Shown: piece by piece, positions 16,295 to 24,291 of the stretch
How positions within the stretch are numbered: the first letter of the stretch is position 1
How the letters are laid out: every line of letters starts with the position of its first letter
Origin: a bacterium
Lineage (GTDB): Bacteria > Patescibacteriota > Microgenomatia > Daviesbacterales > UBA10151
DNA length: 64,000 nucleotides
Reading direction: 5' to 3'
Assembly (NCBI GenBank): GCA_021786315.1
Contig: JAJYNN010000002.1
Span: 204,402 to 268,401, forward strand
The notes under the pieces: generated by a model
Databases searched by the model: none
What the model was told of the DNA's origin: nothing
The model's input: the letters and a program-made list of their open reading frames with translations, nothing else
Made by a program: the position numbers and the translations under genes

Positions 16295-16903
16295 ATGGAA
16301 GACCAAAGCGGAGTGGATTCGTTTATTAATAAATACAAACTACCCTTAGGCATGGGGTTGGTGGGGGTGGTTTTGCTCATTGGCGGGATAGTTTCCTCCG
16401 GGATTATCCCCAAGACCTTTGTAAAGTCCACAAAAAGTTCGGCTGCCGCCACTTCCAATTACTCCAAACAGGAAACGGGAACAAAAGTGGATGTTTCGGG
16501 AGCGGTAGCTAAACCCGGAGTGTATACCTTAAACGGCAACTCCCGGGTGGAGGATGCCCTAAAAGCGGCGGGCGGGGTAACTGAATCGGCTGACCCGGTA
16601 TATTTATCCAAAACTATCAATCTTGCACAAAAGGTATCAGACGGGATGAAGATCTATATCCCCAGGGTTAACGAAGCCGGGCCGTCAGCGGCAGTAGCCG
16701 GGGCTTCGGTGGTGCCGGGGAAGCTGGTGGATGTGAACACCGCAACTTTAGATGATTTGGATAAGCTTCCCGGAGTAGGGCCAACGACAGCCCAAAAAAT
16801 TATTGATAACCGGCCGTATGGGGGAATAGAGGAGCTGCTAACCAAAAAGGCCGTTTCCAGAACGGTTTACGAGAAGATCAAAGAACAAATCTCCACTTGG
16901 TAA
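16295..16903 (+). CDS. comEA: Competence DNA receptor ComEA (TM, SLBB, helix-hairpin-helix)
   Basis: VDVSGAVAKPGVY, RVEDALKAAGG, INLAQKVSDGMKIYIP, VNTATLDDLDKLPGVGP. Confidence 0.92.
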   Translation: MEDQSGVDSFINKYKLPLGMGLVGVVLLIGGIVSSGIIPKTFVKSTKSSAAATSNYSKQETGTKVDVSGAVAKPGVYTLNGNSRVEDALKAAGGVTESADPVYLSKTINLAQKVSDGMKIYIPRVNEAGPSAAVAGASVVPGKLVDVNTATLDDLDKLPGVGPTTAQKIIDNRPYGGIEELLTKKAVSRTVYEKIKEQISTW

Positions 16904-16907
16904 GAAT

Positions 16908-17026
16908 AATTCTCAATTTACAATTTTCAGTTTTCAAATAATTTTCAAAATCTAAATTTCCAAACAGCTTGAAAATTCGGTCATTGAAAATTCATTCTAA
17001 ATTGGTACTTGGTAATTAAAAATTTT
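16908..17026. repeat. AT-rich 7-bp-period inverted repeat array (family C)
   Basis: (AATTTTC/AATTTAC)n left arm, (GAAAATT)n right arm; similar arrays at about 2104, 18034, 20989, 25504, 27520, 31031, 35561, 39279, 56247, 63907. Confidence 0.75.
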
Positions 17027-17037
17027 ATACTAGATAT

Positions 17038-18042
17038 GTGGCTAAGCTTTTAGGGGTAGGTGCTGCTCTTTGGCTGGTTGTTTTTGCCTTCAGGGTAATC
17101 TTGATGGGTGGGATTGATCCCACTTATCGTGATCAGGAGGTAAAAATGCTTTCACCTCTCCGCCAGCAATTGGAGGAAGTGATTGATAAAACGCTTCCTT
17201 ACCCTCAATCAGCCCTTTTGTCCGGAATCCTTTTGGGAAGCCAAAACAATCTTCCTTTTAAGCTCAAAAATGACCTGAAAACTACCTCAACTATCCATAT
17301 GGTGGTCGTTTCCGGCCAGAATTTATCCATGGTGGCGGGGTTTGTGATGAGCCTGGTTTATTTTCTGGGCAGGCGGAAAACGATTGTTTTAACCCTATTG
17401 GCGGTAGCTTTTTATAGCCTATTAACCGGTTTCCAGGTTCCGGTGATCCGGGCGGGGATTATGGTCTTTTTGGCTTACCTGGCCCAGCTTTTAGGCAGGG
17501 AACGTCAGGGCCCTTGGGTATTGTTCCTGACGGCGGGTTTGATGCTCCTTTATAACCCCAACTGGCTGCTTTCTATTTCCTTTCAGCTGTCGTTTTTGGC
17601 CACTTTTGGGGTAATCGTGGTGGCGCCGGTGATTGCCAGTAGGCTGAAAAAGGTGCCAAAAGTTTTACGGGAGGATTTAGGGGTTACATTGTCGGCCCAG
17701 TTTTTGGTTTTGCCGGTAATTGCCTATAACTTCGGACAGATATCCTTGATTGGTATATTAGTTAACAGTTTGATACTGTGGAGTATACCTCTGGTGATGA
17801 TCTTTGGGTTCATTGGTTTGGGGTTGGGGATGGTCAATACATTCTTGGGGCAGGTGGCGGGACTGGTTCCGGGGATACTTTTGACCTACTTTATCGATAT
17901 GGTCCAATTTTTTGCCAAAATTCCGGGATCAAGCCTTGTAATAGGGGAAACAGGAATAATTTTATGGTTGGGCTATTATTTAATAATTGGAGCTTTAATT
18001 TGGATTCTCAGAGTGAAGGGAGATGGAGCTCAAGAATTTTAA
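17038..18042 (+). CDS. comEC: ComEC/Rec2 competence channel (core domain only)
   Basis: HMVVVSGQN, PVIRAGIM, SISFQLSFLAT; multi-TM; follows comEA. Confidence 0.9.
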   Translation: MAKLLGVGAALWLVVFAFRVILMGGIDPTYRDQEVKMLSPLRQQLEEVIDKTLPYPQSALLSGILLGSQNNLPFKLKNDLKTTSTIHMVVVSGQNLSMVAGFVMSLVYFLGRRKTIVLTLLAVAFYSLLTGFQVPVIRAGIMVFLAYLAQLLGRERQGPWVLFLTAGLMLLYNPNWLLSISFQLSFLATFGVIVVAPVIASRLKKVPKVLREDLGVTLSAQFLVLPVIAYNFGQISLIGILVNSLILWSIPLVMIFGFIGLGLGMVNTFLGQVAGLVPGILLTYFIDMVQFFAKIPGSSLVIGETGIILWLGYYLIIGALIWILRVKGDGAQEF

Positions 18043-18141
18043 ATTTACAATTTTAAGTTTTTAAATAATTTTCAATGATAAAATTTTTAAATTTAAGACA
18101 TTCTAATTCGATTTAAAATTTGAGCTTTAGAATTTAAAATT
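18034..18141. repeat. Family C heptad array
   Basis: aattttaaatttacaattttaag...aatttaaaatt. Confidence 0.65.
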
Positions 18142-18157
18142 ATGGTATGATTATTCT

Positions 18158-19840
18158 ATGGTTAAAGATCAACTTTTAAGGGATCTAAAAAAGGCGGTTA
18201 AGGATTTAGGCTACCAAGCAAATGATATAGTTTGTGCTATTCCTCCGACACCGGCCTTTGGAGACTACTCCTCAAATATCGCGTTACAACTGGCTAAACC
18301 GGAAATAAAAAACGGTAAGCAATCTCCAATAGATATTGCTAATAAAATTAAGGGAAAATTAGACAAGACCAACTACTTGGAAAAGGTGGAAGTTGCCGGC
18401 GGAGGGTTTCTTAACTTTTTTATCAAAGGCGAAGTTTTAGTTAAAAATCTAACCCAGGTTACCCAAATCCCCAAGGATGAAAAACCCCAGAAGCTGATGG
18501 TGGAGTACGGCCATGCCAATATTTTAAAGGAGGTACATTTGGGCCACCTCCGGACATTCATTTTGGGGGAATCTTTAGCCAGGATTTTAGGTGGCGCCGG
18601 CCACAAGGTTTTCCGGGCCAACTACCAGGGGGATATTGGCCTGCATGTGGCCAAGGCTATCTGGGGGATAGAGAAGCTGGGGTTACCCTCCAAAGAGCTC
18701 AATTTTGAGGAAAAGGCCGAGTACTTGGGCAAGGCTTATGCCCAGGGCAGCCTGGACTATGAGGAGAGCTCGGAGGCCAAGCAAAAGATTAACCAGATCA
18801 ACGTTTCCCTATATAGGAAGGAACCCCAATTCCAGGAACTGTATAAGCTGGGGCGGAAGTGGAGCCTGGAATACTACGACGAGGTCTACAAAATTTTGGG
18901 TATTAAATATGACAAGCTTTTTTTTGAAAGCGAAGTCTATTCCCGGGGGGAGCAGCTGGTTTTGGAAAATACCGGTAAGATCTTTGAAAAAAGTGACGGG
19001 GCGGTTATTTTCCCCGGAGAAAAATACGGCCTGCACAACCGGGTCTTTATCAGCTCGGCCGGAGTACCGACTTATGAAGCTAAGGATTTAGGTTTGTCTG
19101 AGAAGCAGTTTGAAACTTTTCCCTTTGACCGGGATATCCATGTTGTCGGCAGTGAGCAGGAAGGCTACTTTAAGGTGGTCATTAAAGCGATTGAGATGGT
19201 ATTGCCCAAGCTTTCCGGCCGCGAATTTCACCTTTCCTACGGCATGGTGGGCTTAAAAGAGGGCAAGATGTCATCCAGAACCGGGGAGGTGGTGACGGTC
19301 AATGAGCTTTTGAATATGGTGGCTGAAAAGGTGCGGGAGGTTGTGAAAGAAAGCAGGCTGGAAGTTAACCGGGAGGTGGTAAGGTCGGTGGCGATGGGGG
19401 CGATTAAGTTTACTTACCTTAAGTTTGCCCCGTCTTCCAATTTGGTTTTTGACCTTCAACAGTCAGTTTCCCTGCAGGGTGACAGTGGCCCGTACTTGCA
19501 ATATACCCACGCCAGGATCCGGTCAGTTTTAAGGGAAGCGGGGGAAGGGGGTTCAGAATTAAGAATGGAGAATTTAGAATTAGAGGTGGAGGAGAGGAAT
19601 TTGGCAAGGAGGTTGGAATACTTTGGGTCTGTTGCCGGACAGGCCGGGAAAGAGTATCGGCCGAACCTGATTTGTGAGTATTTGCTGGATCTGGCGAAAG
19701 ATTTTAACCTTTTTTACCAAAAACATCGTATCATTGCCTCAGAGAAGAAAGATTTAAGGCTTGCCCTAACCCAGGCTACCGGAGAGGTCCTAAAGACCGG
19801 CCTCGAGCTTTTGGGTATTGAGGCCCCAGAAAGGATGTAG
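18158..19840 (+). CDS. argS: Arginine--tRNA ligase
   Basis: FGDYSSNIALQLAK, HLGHLR, KMSSRTG, GDSGPYLQYTHAR, LLGIEAPERM. Confidence 0.97.
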   Translation: MVKDQLLRDLKKAVKDLGYQANDIVCAIPPTPAFGDYSSNIALQLAKPEIKNGKQSPIDIANKIKGKLDKTNYLEKVEVAGGGFLNFFIKGEVLVKNLTQVTQIPKDEKPQKLMVEYGHANILKEVHLGHLRTFILGESLARILGGAGHKVFRANYQGDIGLHVAKAIWGIEKLGLPSKELNFEEKAEYLGKAYAQGSLDYEESSEAKQKINQINVSLYRKEPQFQELYKLGRKWSLEYYDEVYKILGIKYDKLFFESEVYSRGEQLVLENTGKIFEKSDGAVIFPGEKYGLHNRVFISSAGVPTYEAKDLGLSEKQFETFPFDRDIHVVGSEQEGYFKVVIKAIEMVLPKLSGREFHLSYGMVGLKEGKMSSRTGEVVTVNELLNMVAEKVREVVKESRLEVNREVVRSVAMGAIKFTYLKFAPSSNLVFDLQQSVSLQGDSGPYLQYTHARIRSVLREAGEGGSELRMENLELEVEERNLARRLEYFGSVAGQAGKEYRPNLICEYLLDLAKDFNLFYQKHRIIASEKKDLRLALTQATGEVLKTGLELLGIEAPERM

Positions 19841-19848
19841 ACCGGAAC

Positions 19849-19921
19849 ATCAGAATATCAGAGTATCAGAAAATCAGATAACTCCGACACTCCGATACTC
19901 TGAAACGCCGACACACTGAAA
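19849..19921. repeat. 8-bp-period inverted repeat array (family D)
   Basis: atcagaat atcagagt atcagaaa atcagata / actccgac actccgat actctgaa acgccgac acactgaa. Confidence 0.75.
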
Positions 19922-19922
19922 T

Positions 19923-20990
19923 ATGTTTAAAAAAGAAGAGACCGGCAGAAGAAAACGAGGTGGTTTTTTACCGATTGTTCTATTTAGACTCAGTCTTTCG
20001 ATGTGCATTTTGGCAATTTTTGCTTTGGGAGTCTACCAGGCTTTCCGCTATTTTACCGGCCAGTCCTTAATGGATTTGACCCGGATTAATCCCCGGGAAG
20101 TGGTGGTTTCCCTTTTGACTTCGGATGATATTTCCAAAACCATTTCCGGAATTTTGGGGGTCAGTGTTCCCACTAAAAATCTTCTTCCCGGTTCAGGCAG
20201 CAGCGGGGTCACAAAGCCGGGCTCGCCCCGGCCAACACCTTCCGGATCAATAATCTTAAAATTTGCTGTTATTGCCGACTCCCACTCCGATAATGAAGAC
20301 CTTGGCAAGGCTTTGGCACAAGCCAAAGAAAACGGAGCCAAGTTTGTGATTGGGCTGGGGGATTATTCCGATACCGGGACTTTGGGAGAGCTGGAAAAAG
20401 CCAAGGAGGTATTTTCTGCTTCCGGTTTGCCCACTTATCTTACTGCCGGTGACCATGACCTTTGGGACTCCCGGGATAAAGGTAAAATGGCCACGGCCAA
20501 CTTTTCCGAAGTCTTTGGCTCACCGTACCAAAGTTTCACCGCTTCCAATATCCGCTTTATTTTACTGTTTAACGGGGACAATTATGAGGGAGTGGATTCT
20601 GTCCAGAGGGCCTGGCTGGATGATTTGCTGCACAATACCAGCCAAAAATCAGTCAAGGAAACCCTGGTTTTCCTGCATGAGCCTTTGTACCACCCGACAT
20701 CGGACCGGTTTATGGGGGCAGCGATTAAGACGGATGAAGGCAAGGAAGCAAATAAGGAATTAACCAAGCAGGCAGAAGAACTGCGGGATCTTTTTAAAAG
20801 GGTAGGGGTGGCAGGAGTCTTTGCCGGGGATATCCATGCCTATTCTAACTACGATGACCCGCAATATGGCCTGAGGATGGTGACCGCCGGGGCAGTCACT
20901 TCCAAGCGTAATTCCCAAAAGCCCCGCTATATGATGGTTGACGTTTATGAGGATGGTGGGTACAATATTTCGGATATAGAAATAAAATAA
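19923..20990 (+). CDS. Membrane-anchored calcineurin-like metallophosphoesterase
   Basis: N-terminal TM; DSH, GD, GDHD, FLHEP, GDIH motifs. Confidence 0.85.
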   Translation: MFKKEETGRRKRGGFLPIVLFRLSLSMCILAIFALGVYQAFRYFTGQSLMDLTRINPREVVVSLLTSDDISKTISGILGVSVPTKNLLPGSGSSGVTKPGSPRPTPSGSIILKFAVIADSHSDNEDLGKALAQAKENGAKFVIGLGDYSDTGTLGELEKAKEVFSASGLPTYLTAGDHDLWDSRDKGKMATANFSEVFGSPYQSFTASNIRFILLFNGDNYEGVDSVQRAWLDDLLHNTSQKSVKETLVFLHEPLYHPTSDRFMGAAIKTDEGKEANKELTKQAEELRDLFKRVGVAGVFAGDIHAYSNYDDPQYGLRMVTAGAVTSKRNSQKPRYMMVDVYEDGGYNISDIEIK

Positions 20991-21065
20991 ATTTTCAAGT
21001 CTCAATTTTAAATTCTCAATGAATTTTTAATGATTTAATCTTGAAAATTGTAAATTGAAAATTAA
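20989..21065. repeat. Family C heptad array
   Basis: aattttcaagtctcaatttta...gaaaattgtaaattgaaaatt. Confidence 0.65.
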
Positions 21066-21070
21066 TCAAT

Positions 21071-21622
21071 ATGAATATTAACCCAATGACCCAAAAAACA
21101 TTAGTAATCCTAAAGCCGGACGCGATGCAGCGCGGTTTGGCCGGGGAAATTATCTCCCGCCTGGAAAGGGTGGGTTTGAAGCTCATTCATGCGGAGTTGG
21201 TTAACGCCAGCAAGGAACTGGCCTCCGAGCATTACCCGACAACCCCGGAATGGCTGGAAAAAGTCGGCAACAATACCATCTCTGATTGTGAGAAATACGG
21301 TGTGGATGTTAAAGAGGCCATGGGGACAGATGTGCCTTCAGAGATCGGGGAGTTGGTCCACAAGTGGAATATGGAATATATCTCCTCCGGGCCGGTTTTG
21401 GCGATGGTTTGGGAAGGTATTCATGCTGTGGAAGTAGTTAGGAAGCTTTGCGGCCCGACCCTGCCGCTTTTGGCTCCTGCAGGGACTATCAGAGGGGATT
21501 TCTCATCCAATTCGGCAATCTCGGAGAATGTCGAGCATAAACCTATCAGGAACTTGATTCATGCTTCCGGAACTCCCGATGAAGCAGCCCGCGAAATTGA
21601 ACTCTGGTTTGGCAAAAAATAA
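21071..21622 (+). CDS. ndk: Nucleoside diphosphate kinase
   Basis: TLVILKPDAMQRGL, SGPVLAMVWEG, GTIRGDF, NLIHAS. Confidence 0.95.
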   Translation: MNINPMTQKTLVILKPDAMQRGLAGEIISRLERVGLKLIHAELVNASKELASEHYPTTPEWLEKVGNNTISDCEKYGVDVKEAMGTDVPSEIGELVHKWNMEYISSGPVLAMVWEGIHAVEVVRKLCGPTLPLLAPAGTIRGDFSSNSAISENVEHKPIRNLIHASGTPDEAAREIELWFGKK

Positions 21623-21632
21623 CTTCTAATAA

Positions 21633-21692
21633 TGGTCGGGGACGAGGGAATAAGGCTACCTTTTGACTTCGTCAAAACGATCTTGATCCCTC
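21633..21692 (-). repeat. Duplicated tRNA-Pro 3' end interrupted by a hairpin (family E)
   Basis: tggtcggggacgagggaat + aaggCTACcttttgacttcgtcaaaacGATCt + tgatccctc versus tRNA gtcggggacgagggaattgaaccctc. Confidence 0.75.
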
Positions 21693-21708
21693 TTTAACTG
21701 TGTTCTAG

Positions 21709-21780
21709 TCGGGGACGAGGGAATTGAACCCTCTACTTCTCGAACCCGAATCGAGCGTTCTACCGATGAACTAGTCCCCG
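21709..21780 (-). tRNA. tRNA-Pro(CGG)
   Basis: CGGGGACTAGTTCATCGGTAGAACGCTCGATTCGGGTTCGAGAAGTAGAGGGTTCAATTCCCTCGTCCCCGA folds as a cloverleaf, anticodon CGG. Confidence 0.93.
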
Positions 21781-21789
21781 AAATTTATG

Positions 21790-21862
21790 TACCCCTGGAG
21801 GGAGTTGCACCCCCGGCCTTTCCCTTAGGACGGGACCGCTCTATCTACTGAGCTACAGGGGC
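21790..21862 (-). tRNA. tRNA-Arg(CCT)
   Basis: GCCCCTGTAGCTCAGTAGATAGAGCGGTCCCGTCCTAAGGGA...GGGGGTGCAACTCCCTCCAGGGGTA; anticodon CCT; atypical T loop. Confidence 0.88.
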
Positions 21863-21960
21863 CTCAAAATACATCTCATTTTACCAGAATTTAGATAAGA
21901 ATACGATTAGGTCGTGGGAATTCTTATATCCATCTTTTCTTAATACTGTATACTAGAGTT

Positions 21961-22668
21961 ATGGCTGTCCCCAGACACTTTAAAAAGATCTTCGCGATCC
22001 GTTTTCTGGGATATTTCTTAATGCAGGTGGGGCTGTTAACGGTAGTCTTAATCGCTGAGCCGGTGGTGGCGGAAGAAGCCAAATACCGGTTCGACCAGGT
22101 TACCGGAAAGCACTATTCTTTACCCACAGTCATTACCTCCACAGGTCAAACAGCACCCGATAGCAACTCTGACCAGGGAAAATCCTCCTTCGGAAGCTTG
22201 GTTGGTAGGGGTTCGGAAACTATTGTCCCTGTTTCCACGGATTTTGGCATCGTCATTGAGAAAATTAATGCCAATGCCAGGGTAATTGCCAATGTTGATC
22301 CCTCTAATGAAGCAGAGTACACCCAGGCTCTGGGCCAAGGTGTAGCCCATGCTAAAGGTACAGTTTTTCCCGGACAAAAAGGGAATATCTATCTTTTTTC
22401 CCATTCCACAGATGCCCCCTGGAACATTGTCCGCTTTAACGCCATCTTTTATCTTTTGCGGGAGCTTGATCCGGGGGATAGGATAATTATGTTTTACCAG
22501 GGTCGAAGATACGACTATATTGTCTTTGATAAGACCATTGTGAAACCCGAGGATACGGAGTTTTTGACTAACAGTTACGATGAGTCAGTGCTGACACTCC
22601 AGACTTGTGATCCGCCGGGAACACTCTCCAACAGATTAATTGTCCGAGCTAAATTAGTAGGAAACTGA
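21961..22668 (+). CDS. Sortase
   Basis: N-terminal TM; GVAH..GT..PGQKGNIYLFSHS, LTLQTC, RLIVRA (His/Cys/Arg triad). Confidence 0.9.
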   Translation: MAVPRHFKKIFAIRFLGYFLMQVGLLTVVLIAEPVVAEEAKYRFDQVTGKHYSLPTVITSTGQTAPDSNSDQGKSSFGSLVGRGSETIVPVSTDFGIVIEKINANARVIANVDPSNEAEYTQALGQGVAHAKGTVFPGQKGNIYLFSHSTDAPWNIVRFNAIFYLLRELDPGDRIIMFYQGRRYDYIVFDKTIVKPEDTEFLTNSYDESVLTLQTCDPPGTLSNRLIVRAKLVGN

Positions 22669-22674
22669 TCTTAA

Positions 22675-22984
22675 AAGGGCACTCCTTGGCGTAAGGCAAG
22701 GGGTTACCCCTTCGGTTTGAGCCCTCAGGGTCGAAGACTTATGAATTGGAAAGGTATGGTTTTTCTTTTGCGTCTTTTTTAAGAACTTGCTCTCAAGTTC
22801 GCAAGACCTTGCGACAGCAAGCTGTCTTAAAAAAAGACGCCCAAAAATCGCCCACGGGAACGGTCCCTAAATTCTACGGCTTGCTGGTCGGGGGAAAGCT
22901 GCCCCCTCGATCACGGCTTTGCCGGATCGGCATCCCCCTGACAGCTTCGCCTAGAATTCTTAACGGGCTTGCGTTCCAGTGGGC
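22675..22984 (+). repeat. Structured element copy 2 (with extra cloverleaf insert)
   Basis: 140 bp identical to copy 1; preceded by a family A variant; lies between convergent genes. Confidence 0.85.
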
Positions 22985-23007
22985 TAGGGAAAAAGAGGAC
23001 GGAAAAC

Positions 23008-24270
23008 TTATTTCAAATTAATTCCGAAGAGGTTGGGTTGGGAAGCAGTGGTTGTAGCAAAGGATGTTAAGATTACCAGCTTGGAGGAATCCGGCCAGGG
23101 AAAGACGTTCGTCCCTTCAAAGTTGCCGGCAAAGATTTCCGCCACATTGCTTCCGTCAAGCTCTGCAATAGAGATTTTGCCTTCCTGGACCAGGATTACA
23201 TGCCGGGAATCAGGCAGCCAGTAATAGGCGAGGGCATCGGGTAAGGTATACTCTTTGTTTCCGGTTAAAGGTTGGCCCTTTTGGTCGGGTGTGGGGTTCT
23301 TGGAGCCGCTCTTTGCAGCCGAACCGGAAGATAGGTCATAAACCCTGGCTGACAGGGTTGGAGCTTTGTCGGTAGCTTTAGTCGGTTGGCCGCTGATAAC
23401 CATAAACTTGGTTTCATCAGGCGACCACTTGGCAATAGTCGCGGAAGCTGAGGCGGTAGAAGCAGAGGCAATTTGTTTAATCCTTAGGTCCTGGATCACC
23501 GCTACCCGGCTGTCGTCTTTTGCTTTTTGGTCATCAGTCCATTCTTTTAATGTTCCGGCGACCATGGGAGTGATATCTTTTATATCAGACAGTGAACTTT
23601 GTCGATCAACCGGAAGGAGGTAGTTTCTGGTGTTGGCATCTCCCGGCTGGCCATTTTCCTGTAAAGTAACTAAGACTTGGGTGGAATCGGGGGAGAATTT
23701 AATGGAGGCTTTAGAAAAATCCAAATTTTGGGTGGAAGCTATTAGTTGGTGGGGCTCAGCTCCCCGGGCGAAAGCAATTGGCTGGTTAGTCATAGTCCAA
23801 ACCCAGATGCCGCCTTTTTGCCTGACATGGGAATCATTTTGGTAGGGTACCGCATAAGCCAACTTCTGGCCGTCAGGGGAAAGGGTAGGGTTTTGGGCTC
23901 CGTTTACTGTCAAAGGATACAAAGTAGGCAGTGCGGGGAAGAGGGTAGCCTTAATTTCGGTGACCAACCCCTCGGAAACATCCACGTTCTTTTCCCAGGG
24001 GATAAAGCCTTCTTTGACGATCCGAACTTTGTAACTTTGGGGTTTAAGCTGGGAAATGGTGGTATTGGTGGCTGTGGCCAGATGTCCGTCCACATAAACG
24101 GAGGCTCCATCAGGAGCGGAGGAGATGGCAAGTAATCCTGTACCAACAACCCGGCCTTCTTTGGGGGAGAATGTATAGCCTTTAGCAAAAAAAACAGCTG
24201 CGGCTGCCCCTAATCCAATTACCACTAAGGTAATGATGGTGATGATAAATTGCTTGCTCACAAGACTCAT
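23008..24270 (-). CDS. PEGA-domain / TolB-like beta-propeller membrane-anchored protein
   Basis: TM; ISSAPDGASVYVDG..KEGFIPW (PEGA); SPDGQKLAY, FSPDS, WSPDE, WLPDS, WPDS repeats. Confidence 0.85.
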   Translation of the reverse strand: MSLVSKQFIITIITLVVIGLGAAAAVFFAKGYTFSPKEGRVVGTGLLAISSAPDGASVYVDGHLATATNTTISQLKPQSYKVRIVKEGFIPWEKNVDVSEGLVTEIKATLFPALPTLYPLTVNGAQNPTLSPDGQKLAYAVPYQNDSHVRQKGGIWVWTMTNQPIAFARGAEPHQLIASTQNLDFSKASIKFSPDSTQVLVTLQENGQPGDANTRNYLLPVDRQSSLSDIKDITPMVAGTLKEWTDDQKAKDDSRVAVIQDLRIKQIASASTASASATIAKWSPDETKFMVISGQPTKATDKAPTLSARVYDLSSGSAAKSGSKNPTPDQKGQPLTGNKEYTLPDALAYYWLPDSRHVILVQEGKISIAELDGSNVAEIFAGNFEGTNVFPWPDSSKLVILTSFATTTASQPNLFGINLK

Positions 24271-24291
24271 TATACTATTTTTAGGGGATAA

